Virus record (IMG/VR): IMGVR_UViG_3300002334_000208
Source of the DNA: a virus
Lineage: Duplodnaviria; Heunggongvirae; Uroviricota; Caudoviricetes
DNA: 64,000 nt
Reading direction: 5' to 3' (one strand)
The first letter of the stretch is position 1, and every line of letters begins with the position of its first letter. Below the pieces are notes generated by a model. It worked only from the letters and a program-made list of their open reading frames with translations. It was not told the DNA's origin and searched no databases. The translations under genes and the position numbers were made by a program. Positions 27,303 to 35,791 of the stretch are shown piece after piece.

Positions 27303-28714
27303 ACATCACCGGCAGACATTTAATCGAATGGGGTTTCAACCCCGGTCCATTGTTTCCTGTTATGTTGGCATATGCCAATCAGCAGACGTACATTGACGAG
27401 CGCAGTCTTGAAGGCATCAAAAACTTACTTTTGGCACAGGATGAATTCATTCCTGTACCAAAACTTGAGCTGAAACCTCTCAGCCTTGATCCCCTTGCCA
27501 ATGTGACTTTCAACATCCTAACAACTGCTGGATGCGAATACGACCTAGATAACCTCTTGGCTGTAGAAAAAATCATGGGCAAACTCATGCGTACTCCGGT
27601 CGCCACTCGCGCAACTGTATTACCTGACGCCTGTCCTACTGGACCTAATTCAATGCCGGTTGGCACTGTTGTGGAAAGCCCACACATTCATCCCGGTTGG
27701 CACAGTGCCGATATCTGCTGCTCTATGTTCTTGACTGAGTACAAAAACGTAACCCCTGCTATCCTATTGGATGCGGTGAGTGATGCTGTGCATTTCGGCC
27801 CCGGTGGTCCAGACAGATATCGCATGACTGATGAATTGTTGGAAGCGTTCATGGGGAATTCATTCCTGAATGATCCACATATGTTGGACCTTGCAAACCG
27901 CCATCTTGGCAGTTCTGGCGATGGAAACCATTTTGCCTCGGTTGGCACTATGCAATCTAGCGGCAACACTACTCTTGTAACTCACTCTGGTTCTCGCGGC
28001 CCTGGCGCTCGCCTATATAAAATTGGCATGAAGGCAGCTCAGAAATACACCAAGTCTATTTCTCCGGCTACCCATAAATCAAATGCTTGGATTGACTCTG
28101 AAAGCGCAGAAGGTATTGAATACTGGAAAGCTCTGCAGATCATGCGCGACTGGACTAAATTGAATCATACTTTGATTCATGCAAGTTCTAGTTATCGCGC
28201 TATGGCTAAGGCTAATAATATACGTACTGTTAACCGCTTCTGGAACGAACACAATTTCGTATTCAAGCGCAATGGCATGTTTCTGCATGGCAAAGGTGCG
28301 ACTCCAGCCTTCGACGGTTGGGCAGATGATGCTAAAATGTTCACCATCATACCATTAAACGCCGCTGAGCCGATTCTAATCACTCGTGGCAGCGACAACC
28401 CTGATGCCCTTGGATTCGCTCCACACGGCGCAGGCAGGCTGATTTCACGCGCCCAGCACAAAAGAGACCTAGTAGCCGTTGGTATCTCTGACGCGCAGGC
28501 TTTCGAAGAAGAAACTCGTGATATCGATATGAGGTTCTGGTCCGGCGAAGCTGACGTGACTGAGCTACCATCCGCCTATAAAAATGCGTCGATGATCCGT
28601 GAAGGTATCAAAAAGTATGAGCTTGCACAGATCGTAGACCAAGTGTTGCCGTATGGATGCATCATGGGTGGTGTGTTCGATTGGCGAAATTATGCTAACG
28701 AGCAATTCAGCTAA
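27299..28714 (+). CDS. rtcB: RNA-splicing ligase RtcB (3'-phosphate/5'-hydroxyl RNA ligase)
   Basis: 471 aa; metal/GMP-binding motifs GDGNHFASVG, HSGSRGPG, APHGAGR. Confidence 0.85.
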   Translation: MNITGRHLIEWGFNPGPLFPVMLAYANQQTYIDERSLEGIKNLLLAQDEFIPVPKLELKPLSLDPLANVTFNILTTAGCEYDLDNLLAVEKIMGKLMRTPVATRATVLPDACPTGPNSMPVGTVVESPHIHPGWHSADICCSMFLTEYKNVTPAILLDAVSDAVHFGPGGPDRYRMTDELLEAFMGNSFLNDPHMLDLANRHLGSSGDGNHFASVGTMQSSGNTTLVTHSGSRGPGARLYKIGMKAAQKYTKSISPATHKSNAWIDSESAEGIEYWKALQIMRDWTKLNHTLIHASSSYRAMAKANNIRTVNRFWNEHNFVFKRNGMFLHGKGATPAFDGWADDAKMFTIIPLNAAEPILITRGSDNPDALGFAPHGAGRLISRAQHKRDLVAVGISDAQAFEEETRDIDMRFWSGEADVTELPSAYKNASMIREGIKKYELAQIVDQVLPYGCIMGGVFDWRNYANEQFS

Positions 28715-28732
28715 ACAAATTGGAGTTTATAA

Positions 28733-29422
28733 ATGAAAAAACCATCGACAAGAGCTGATGGACTCGCTCGTGATATGATCGAAGGACGCCCAACGCGCCA
28801 GAGCAATCCATCTTCCTTGATGGAGTATGTTCGGAGCGGAGGTGACAAAGAACGCCTTGGCGGTGTACTGGATCAGTTAGAGCAAGAGAAATCTGTACAG
28901 CCGACAACTGCCAAAATGACGATTGAGAAACTTATTGATTTGTGTAATACCACAAACGAACTTATTGAAGAAGCACTTTACGGCAGTGAAGAAGGCTATG
29001 CATGTACACGAACCGATGGCGAAGGAAACATATGCAAAGGTTTATTGGAATATTATCCTGATCATCCAGAGATGGGATGTTCATGCCACATAAACCCACC
29101 TTGCTCTTACTGCACCGATCAGCATTTAGAATGCCCGAAATGTGGATGGAAAGAAGAGTCAATTATTCACATTATAAATGATCATGTAGTGTCAGTTAAT
29201 AAAGACACCGGTGTGCTTACCAGCCATGGTCGGCGCAAGCTGGATAACACAAAAATCGATTATTATATCAACTCCCACAGTAATTCATCTCAGATATGCG
29301 AAGGCGTATATCCTAAAGGGACAACACGAGCCGAAGTCTTAAAAAAAGTTGATGGCACTTTTGGGGGAAGATGGGAAAGTTTTGGCAACGGCAAATTTAA
29401 ATTTATCGCGTACACTGATTAG
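28733..29422 (+). CDS. Cys-rich zinc-finger protein (229 aa)
   Basis: GCSCH...CSYC...CPKCGW cysteine clusters. Confidence 0.4.
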   Translation: MKKPSTRADGLARDMIEGRPTRQSNPSSLMEYVRSGGDKERLGGVLDQLEQEKSVQPTTAKMTIEKLIDLCNTTNELIEEALYGSEEGYACTRTDGEGNICKGLLEYYPDHPEMGCSCHINPPCSYCTDQHLECPKCGWKEESIIHIINDHVVSVNKDTGVLTSHGRRKLDNTKIDYYINSHSNSSQICEGVYPKGTTRAEVLKKVDGTFGGRWESFGNGKFKFIAYTD

Positions 29423-29614
29423 GAGCATGCCATGAAATATACTATGAAGAAAAAAGAGCCACTAAACACAAAAATATGGCACCGATGGTTTGCATGGCAT
29501 CCTGTGATCACTCGACAGAATACTATTACATGGCTATCCTTTGTCTGCCGGAAACAAGAGTTCTGGCGTGGCGGTAGATGCTGGCACTATTCAAATACTG
29601 ATGATTGAGGATTT

Positions 29615-29690
29615 TGGAGACATAGGTGGGAATCGAACCCACATGTGAAGATTTGCAGTCAACTGCGCTTACCGTTTCCGCCACTATGTC
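29615..29690 (-). tRNA. tRNA-like gene, 76 nt with encoded CCA; anticodon GCA (Cys) if the loop is placed as CUGCAAA
   Basis: reverse complement GACATAGTGGCGG...GTGGGTTCGATTCCCACCTATGTCTCCA. Perfect 7-bp acceptor stem, perfect 5-bp T stem with canonical TTCGATT loop, 3-bp D stem. The anticodon stem has two U-U mismatches, so it may score as atypical or pseudo. Confidence 0.5.
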
Positions 29691-30072
29691 ATATTGTTTC
29701 TGTCCAGTTACCTGTGTCAGGATCGATAATCTCGACTTTTGTCTGGCGCAGCTGTTTATCAACTTTTGCATCCAGTCCATCGTACAACCCAAGTCTCTTG
29801 GCTGTCTCGATCTTATGCCATGCCTTGAATATGCCTGTGGCAGACATGCGCCTGAACGCTTCCATTTTGTTTCTGAGCTGAGACCGATGCTCTTCACAAT
29901 TACCAACAGCACCAGAATCGATGTGAGTACACCGAACTGCGCTATCAGTTTTGTTACGCTTTTGACCACCTTTGCCGGAACCTCGATAGAAGTCCCAGCG
30001 GCAGTCTTTAGCAGTTACAGAAAATAGAAGTTCTTTAGCCATTACGCTGCGCGGACCATAGGATCGGCGCAT
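29689..30072 (-). CDS. GGQ-motif peptidyl-tRNA hydrolase (class-I release factor domain-3 only; ArfB/PrfH-like)
   Basis: RGSGKGGQKRNKTDSAVRCTHIDSG...CEEHRSQLRNK matches the RF GGQ catalytic domain; 127 aa; stop codon overlaps the tRNA 5' end. Confidence 0.7.
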   Translation of the reverse strand: MRRSYGPRSVMAKELLFSVTAKDCRWDFYRGSGKGGQKRNKTDSAVRCTHIDSGAVGNCEEHRSQLRNKMEAFRRMSATGIFKAWHKIETAKRLGLYDGLDAKVDKQLRQTKVEIIDPDTGNWTETI

Positions 30073-30425
30073 GAAGCAAAGTCACTAAGACGTTTTGCAT
30101 TCTTGCGAGCGCGCTTGGCATGTGCCGCATTGATGCGTCCCTGATGCAGCTCGGCATTTTGCGCCGGAGACAAACAGGTGGGGTGAGCATAAATGATTGG
30201 AGGTCCGCCCCAGCGAGCAATCTTTTTCAGATGATCTGCAAAGACTGGCAGAAATCTATCTCGAAAACCTTTGCGCTTCTGAACTGAAACGCGAGAGGTA
30301 TTCACGGCGTCCATCATTGCGGCGAGGAAGCCATTTGAATATGGATTTGTGCGTTGAGGTACGCCAAGTGCAGCTGCTGCGCCGGATGACATAACAGCGT
30401 TTTTGAGGGATTTCAGTAGTGACAT
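30042..30425 (-). CDS. hypothetical basic protein (127 aa)
   Basis: ORF upstream of GGQ gene, same strand. Confidence 0.4.
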   Translation of the reverse strand: MSLLKSLKNAVMSSGAAAALGVPQRTNPYSNGFLAAMMDAVNTSRVSVQKRKGFRDRFLPVFADHLKKIARWGGPPIIYAHPTCLSPAQNAELHQGRINAAHAKRARKNAKRLSDFASCADPMVRAA

Positions 30426-30465
30426 TTATTTCTCCTGTCGAGGTTAATATTACCCGAACATAGAG

Positions 30466-30696
30466 TTAATCACTCTTTCTGTCAAGGTTGCTATCGAATG
30501 GGATGCAAGTGATATTCACTTCATTGATAAATGGTGGCTTGAAGCGAATCACTTCTGCAGCCACCCTCCGACATATATCCATAGAAGGAAAATTGCGTGG
30601 ACTGAAATCCTGCTGATATTTGTCGTTGAGCATTAGCCCAGCTTCGCCATAAATCATGCCGACCAGTACAAAGACTGTCATTGTTACGCCTGTCAT
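30466..30696 (-). CDS. small membrane protein (76 aa)
   Basis: N-terminal TM helix. Confidence 0.35.
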   Translation of the reverse strand: MTGVTMTVFVLVGMIYGEAGLMLNDKYQQDFSPRNFPSMDICRRVAAEVIRFKPPFINEVNITCIPFDSNLDRKSD

Positions 30697-31217
30697 TTCG
30701 ATCTCCTTATCATCGCCCTGACACGAGCCAGAACTTTCGGTTTACCAGCAATGCTGATGTGATTTGCGTTCTTCACTACGATAACGGTACCACGATTTAG
30801 TGGTCTACCAATGGGATCGTCGGTGATAAAATTGTCTACGAAGCGAGGCACCCTGGAAACCACAGGGGATTTCGGCGCGTCGATGATGGCGAGATAGTCG
30901 ATCTTGATTCCCTCTGCTGCCAACCGGCGCGAGAGCTTCGCTGCAGCGGTACCACCGAGCGAGTGACCAATGATTATGAGTGGGCGATGGAGTATACCGG
31001 CTTCACTTCTTTTTATGATGTCATTGTAGATGCGATTACCGGCATGCCGTGTGTAAACCTTCGCGCCAACTTTTGATGAAAGAGATTTTAACCCATGACC
31101 AAAAGAAGAGCCGCCAAGCCCCATGATTGCATATGATGGTTTTGCAGGATTATATTCTGACGTGGTTGTGCAACCAGCCATGAATATGAGAATAAAAATG
31201 AGAAGTAGTTTACGCAT
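30693..31217 (-). CDS. lipoprotein alpha/beta-hydrolase (GxSxG esterase/lipase-like)
   Basis: lipobox IFMAGC; nucleophile elbow IIGHSLGG. Confidence 0.55.
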   Translation of the reverse strand: MRKLLLIFILIFMAGCTTTSEYNPAKPSYAIMGLGGSSFGHGLKSLSSKVGAKVYTRHAGNRIYNDIIKRSEAGILHRPLIIIGHSLGGTAAAKLSRRLAAEGIKIDYLAIIDAPKSPVVSRVPRFVDNFITDDPIGRPLNRGTVIVVKNANHISIAGKPKVLARVRAMIRRSK

Positions 31218-31340
31218 ATCGTCACCTTTTTATGGGAGCGCAGAGGCAGGAACAACAACAAACCCGCCTCCGGCTCAACCTATAGCGAAGTCACAGGGGA
31301 ATGAACTCCGCTAATAAGGTAACATTTTTTCAAAGAATCT

Positions 31341-31700
31341 TCAAGAATTCTTTGCTAATATCTTCAAACGTATGTCGATCCACTCCATTAATTGTGGAAG
31401 AGTTATGCAACCGGCACCGCCAGCGACAATTTCTCCGCCCCTAAATAGAACGAAACTGGGAGCAAATTTGCAATCATATGTGATCCCAAGGTCTTTGTCT
31501 TCATCCAAATCGGAGTATAAAAACAAACACTTATCGCCAATCTTCTTTTCGGCGTTATCAAGAATGATATCAAATTTGTTGCAGGGACCAGCCCATTCAG
31601 TCACAAAAGTCAGAAGAATTAAATCATCTGCCTTCTGAGCCTGGAGTAATTTTGCAAATTCATCGCAAAGGACGAATGAGAGTTGATCTGGTTTCTGCAT
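31341..31700 (-). CDS. thioredoxin-fold protein with non-canonical WAGPC active site
   Basis: LTFVTEWAGPCNKF aligns to Trx WCGPC; first (nucleophilic) Cys replaced by Ala. Confidence 0.6.
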   Translation of the reverse strand: MQKPDQLSFVLCDEFAKLLQAQKADDLILLTFVTEWAGPCNKFDIILDNAEKKIGDKCLFLYSDLDEDKDLGITYDCKFAPSFVLFRGGEIVAGGAGCITLPQLMEWIDIRLKILAKNS

Positions 31701-31721
31701 TAAATTCTCCGTGCCCTATAT

Positions 31722-34700
31722 CTAAGCCACTTCTTGCTCGTCGTCAAGCCATGTTTCAGCAAAGATTGAAGGATGGTTAACTCTCATTTCAGAGAGTGGA
31801 GGAAAGACGTAGCACCAGATCGGATTGGCATATGATGCTACGCGCCTTCGAGAAGTGACAACATCTTCGAAAGTCTGATTCATATATTTCTTGCACTCTT
31901 TAATGAAAGAAGTATGTGGATTAGATCGAGTATTATGTTTCCACCACGCATGCATAACACTGTGGGGCACCAGAGTTTCCTCGTCTTCTGAGAAAACAAT
32001 CTCATCCAAATCATCGGCGTACTGCGAAGAAGGAAGGGCCTCTCCTTGATAAAGCGCATCGTCCAACCATTTTTCCCAGTGAGGCTTGTTCTGAGAAATC
32101 TGTTCGTGGAGCCAAGGAGTGACTGGCGGCTTGAAGAAATAAGCTTTCCACCCTTCTTTCGGCTCAGGCCAATTTGTTAAAATGTGCATGAGTTTACCGT
32201 ACCCATCTTCATTCAACATTTGATCCATTAGGGCTCCGAAATGTTCTGGATTACCACAAAGAGTTGAGAGGCATTTCAGCACAAAGAAGCGGCGTTCATC
32301 TTTGGTCGCTGGAACAACGAAGCCAGCATTTGCCGTGCAAGCAAAACGTCGATAGTTTGGAATTTCCATATCATCGACACCCTTCAATTTGAGAGTGAAT
32401 GAATTGCTGGTGATTGCATCTTTGAGGTTTGCTTCTACTGTGCGGTCGCCACCCCAGAATGCTTCTGTCATGACAACGAGCAATTTGTTTTCGACGCGCG
32501 CATTGAAGTGACCAAACACTGTTTTCATATCGGCGGTTTTCATTCCATATGGATGTAGTAAAATATTTGCAAATATTTCTTCCATGACAATAGATTTACC
32601 ACAACCTTTATCTCCGTGAATTACGATTGCGCAACCCGGGATACCCTCCGGCACCTGAATGATATGGGCAAACCAAGACATAAAGAAGTCATACCATACA
32701 TCATTTGAGTGACACATATTTTCATAGATGTGATCAAGCAGCATGTCACAATTGCCATCTTCTTTTTCTTCAACGGCAAATCCGTTCCAAAGATTATAGG
32801 TCTTTCCCAGACCGTCAACATCATCTTTCATAATATTTCCTCCGCTTGGATCAAAAACCAGAGACGAATATTCGCGCCGATCTGCCCAGTCAAGCCACAC
32901 ATCTGCAGCATTCTTTTGTATTGTATTGCCTTGAGCAACATCAAATACGTCAAGCATTTTATTGCGGTGACGGATATTAAAATCGTATGGCACCATTGTG
33001 GTGATAGAGTTTTTTGCAGGATCGCGCCGATAGGCTTTGTCGTACATTATGATCGTGCGCCCGTTCATAGTGACCATTGCATGACGTTCATTCATGATGC
33101 GCAAATTCTGTTTGACTTCTTTGTCGTAACGCTTATCAGCGGTGCCAAATTCTTCCTCGGCCAACTGCTTAATCACATCCTTTACCTGCTTCGCAACAGT
33201 CCGCTTACCGAAGCCACTATTATCGGAGATTTGAGACACATGCAGATCATTCATGGCAGAAGATAACTCCAATCCAATCAAGCGCTTAATAGCGTCGATC
33301 AGGGCAGCTTCTTTCTTTTCAGGCATGTCAGAAATAAGTGATAGAAAATCCTGATAGTCCTCGGATAGGTTGTCGAATTCGTCTTTTGATACATTCAGAT
33401 TACCAATTTTTTCTGTGTAGAGACCTGAGTCTTCAATCTCTGTTTCTTCGTCGAGCAAATCAGACAAACTATTTGCCGAGCCAGAGCCATCCAAGCCGGG
33501 GACGAATTCCATAAGCTCGTCAAACTCTATGCCCTCGTCATGCAGGAATGAATCCAAATGCATGGAATACTTGTATCCTTTGCAGCTGGTATGCATGCAG
33601 TGGATAAAGGCTGTGTCGTATTGTTCCCCGGCGTCAGCTACACAGAATCCAGTCTTGTCATTCGGATCGGAATGCCCACCAATGAAGGTGCATTCAAATG
33701 TACCTTTGCCAGCCTTTTCCTCGGAATGCTTGACACCGTAGGTTTCCCAAAATTCATAGGCAAGAAAGTTTTTGCCATGCTTTTTGAGGAAGCCTTCTAC
33801 GCGCTTGTCATGAAAATCGTAATCGAAATAATCACCCTCTTCATCGCCGCCAGAACTCATCGCTTCTTGATCCAGCCATTCATTGCCGGTCATTTTTATG
33901 TAGCCAGATGGGTTGCCATCTTTGATAGACATCAAGTCCAGCAACTCGCCATTAATCAAATGGGATTCAAATGGAGCATCTTCTTTGTGGCGTCCACGAT
34001 AAAACAACCGAGAGACATCGGTGCAAGAAGCATCAAATTCAATTTTCAGCTGCTGCGCTACCCCGGCGTACTTCTTAGCCCAAATAGCAAAGCCCTCATC
34101 TTGTGAGCCAGCGACCTCTCCCGGGAGAAAGGGCTCATACAAAGGGAACACCGCTCGGTATTTATCCATAGGACTATGACTCACAACAGCCACGCGCCCA
34201 TAGCGAGTCGACTCCAGCGAGACTTCGAATTTGTCAAGAACCCCGGGGTGATATTTTTTCTCTTCAAGCAGATATTTACGCACATCATCAGCGTCGATAT
34301 CATTCTCATCTTTGTCCAACTTCAATTTCATTTTGATAGTCTTGAGAAGAATATTTTCCTCGGTATTGCCATGCGAGTTGGAAGTGTATACGAGAGCAAA
34401 TAGATCATTTTCTTTGATCCGTTCAATCATTTTGTCGATGGGAAATCCGTTGTCGATGTCGAGAGATATGAAGTTCATTTCGACCATTGCTTTTTTCAAA
34501 CGCTGGATGCGATCTTCGGCTAAACACCCCTGTAGAAATGACAGGCCATCCTTCGTCCCTACTTCATGCACAAGGTTGCCAGCAAGGAATTCGAAGAAGG
34601 TGAATTCTTGTGTACGCCAATTTTTGTCTTTGGAATTTCGCCCGATAGAAATGGTGACTTTATCCTGCATCCATTCTGGGAACTCATTTGAATTTTTGCC

Positions 34701-34739
34701 GAAGCCGTGAAAGATTGCGTGATCAATACCTGATGTCAT
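31722..34739 (-). CDS. primase-polymerase / D5-like SF3 helicase (replicative primase-helicase)
   Basis: AEP PrimPol motifs (ISLDIDNG DxD; SHSPMDKYRAVFPL sxH); Cys/His zinc motif; Walker A IVIHGDKGCGKS and VVMTEAFWGG in C-terminal SF3 domain; 1005 aa. Confidence 0.75.
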   Translation of the reverse strand: MTSGIDHAIFHGFGKNSNEFPEWMQDKVTISIGRNSKDKNWRTQEFTFFEFLAGNLVHEVGTKDGLSFLQGCLAEDRIQRLKKAMVEMNFISLDIDNGFPIDKMIERIKENDLFALVYTSNSHGNTEENILLKTIKMKLKLDKDENDIDADDVRKYLLEEKKYHPGVLDKFEVSLESTRYGRVAVVSHSPMDKYRAVFPLYEPFLPGEVAGSQDEGFAIWAKKYAGVAQQLKIEFDASCTDVSRLFYRGRHKEDAPFESHLINGELLDLMSIKDGNPSGYIKMTGNEWLDQEAMSSGGDEEGDYFDYDFHDKRVEGFLKKHGKNFLAYEFWETYGVKHSEEKAGKGTFECTFIGGHSDPNDKTGFCVADAGEQYDTAFIHCMHTSCKGYKYSMHLDSFLHDEGIEFDELMEFVPGLDGSGSANSLSDLLDEETEIEDSGLYTEKIGNLNVSKDEFDNLSEDYQDFLSLISDMPEKKEAALIDAIKRLIGLELSSAMNDLHVSQISDNSGFGKRTVAKQVKDVIKQLAEEEFGTADKRYDKEVKQNLRIMNERHAMVTMNGRTIIMYDKAYRRDPAKNSITTMVPYDFNIRHRNKMLDVFDVAQGNTIQKNAADVWLDWADRREYSSLVFDPSGGNIMKDDVDGLGKTYNLWNGFAVEEKEDGNCDMLLDHIYENMCHSNDVWYDFFMSWFAHIIQVPEGIPGCAIVIHGDKGCGKSIVMEEIFANILLHPYGMKTADMKTVFGHFNARVENKLLVVMTEAFWGGDRTVEANLKDAITSNSFTLKLKGVDDMEIPNYRRFACTANAGFVVPATKDERRFFVLKCLSTLCGNPEHFGALMDQMLNEDGYGKLMHILTNWPEPKEGWKAYFFKPPVTPWLHEQISQNKPHWEKWLDDALYQGEALPSSQYADDLDEIVFSEDEETLVPHSVMHAWWKHNTRSNPHTSFIKECKKYMNQTFEDVVTSRRRVASYANPIWCYVFPPLSEMRVNHPSIFAETWLDDEQEVA

Positions 34740-35123
34740 AAAAACCTACTTACGTTCAAAATCTGATACTGGGATATACCACGCAAAATTAACTATGACA
34801 AGAAAAAACTTGCAACGGTTTCAACTTTCTTGCTATAAAGTAAGCTGAAATTAAGGATTTATTATGGCTAAAGCATTTACTAACCCCAACTTAGAATGCC
34901 TATGCGCGCGCGTCCCAATAGACAAGTCGATGCTGATTGTTACCAAAGAACGCCGCCTCGTTGCAGCGTTCCATAAAGATTGCCCGGAACATGGCTGGAA
35001 AGAAACAATCCCTAAGAATGCGGTCGTCATCGTCCGTTAACCATTCTAAGAAAATAACGTTGTATTCTTAGAACATTAATCCTAGATTGAGAGGGAGTTA
35101 CTACCACTTACTAGGAGTTACTA

Positions 35124-35711
35124 ATGACAATCAAACGTGCAAAAGTTTTGACAGACAAACAATTCAGCAAACTGATGAAGCACCTCGCGGAGGGATTAAA
35201 CCCAGAGCGCGACCATGTGATGTTTGCTCTCTCATTTAAGTGCGGACTGCGCGCACAGGAGATTGCCGGGTTGAACTGGATTGACGTGACGGACGCCGAG
35301 GGGAACATCTACAAGCCGGATACAATGATCGAGTTGCCCCACTCAATTACGAAAGGCTCCGTGACAGAGGGTAAAATCATCATGCACAAGTTGGTATATA
35401 ACACATTGAAGAATCTGCGCAAAGCAAATTTGTCTGAATTTCTTATGCCAGCGCCACGCTCACCTTCTGGGCGCATGTCCACAAACAACGTGACAGTTTA
35501 TATGCATGCCGTGTTCAAGAAGCTCGGTTATGTTGGCTGCTCCAGCCACTCCGGGCGGCGCACGTTTGGCACAAAGTTGGCGCGTATTGCCAACAAGCAA
35601 GGAGGCTCTTTCGTGGATGTGAAAGATTTACTCCGCCACAAAGACATTCGAACGACACGAGCATATGTTGATTCTAGTGACACGCAGAAGAAGATGATTG
35701 CCGCAATATAA
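35124..35711 (+). CDS. short tyrosine recombinase (integrase/invertase catalytic domain only)
   Basis: box I GLRAQEIAGL, box II HSGRRTFGT, LLRHKDIRTTRAYVD with catalytic Tyr; only 195 aa. Confidence 0.65.
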   Translation: MTIKRAKVLTDKQFSKLMKHLAEGLNPERDHVMFALSFKCGLRAQEIAGLNWIDVTDAEGNIYKPDTMIELPHSITKGSVTEGKIIMHKLVYNTLKNLRKANLSEFLMPAPRSPSGRMSTNNVTVYMHAVFKKLGYVGCSSHSGRRTFGTKLARIANKQGGSFVDVKDLLRHKDIRTTRAYVDSSDTQKKMIAAI

Positions 35712-35791
35712 TTGGTAAACAAAAATAGTTAACATGCTTGACTTAATGGTTGGTTGTGTGCAATATGCGCGCAACCGATTAGGAGTCTATC

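Noticed and set aside
29432-29608. 58-aa plus-strand ORF between Zn-finger gene and tRNA
   Set aside because: Below size threshold, Trp/Arg-rich, no support. Left unannotated
29526-29969. 147-aa ORF overlapping the tRNA-like gene on the same strand
   Set aside because: Overlaps both the tRNA and the 3' part of the GGQ gene. No motif, and low-complexity hydrophobic start. Likely spurious
32709-34710. Plus-strand ORFs (132-185 aa) inside the primase-helicase gene
   Set aside because: Antisense to a 1005-aa ORF with PrimPol and SF3 motifs. Low-complexity
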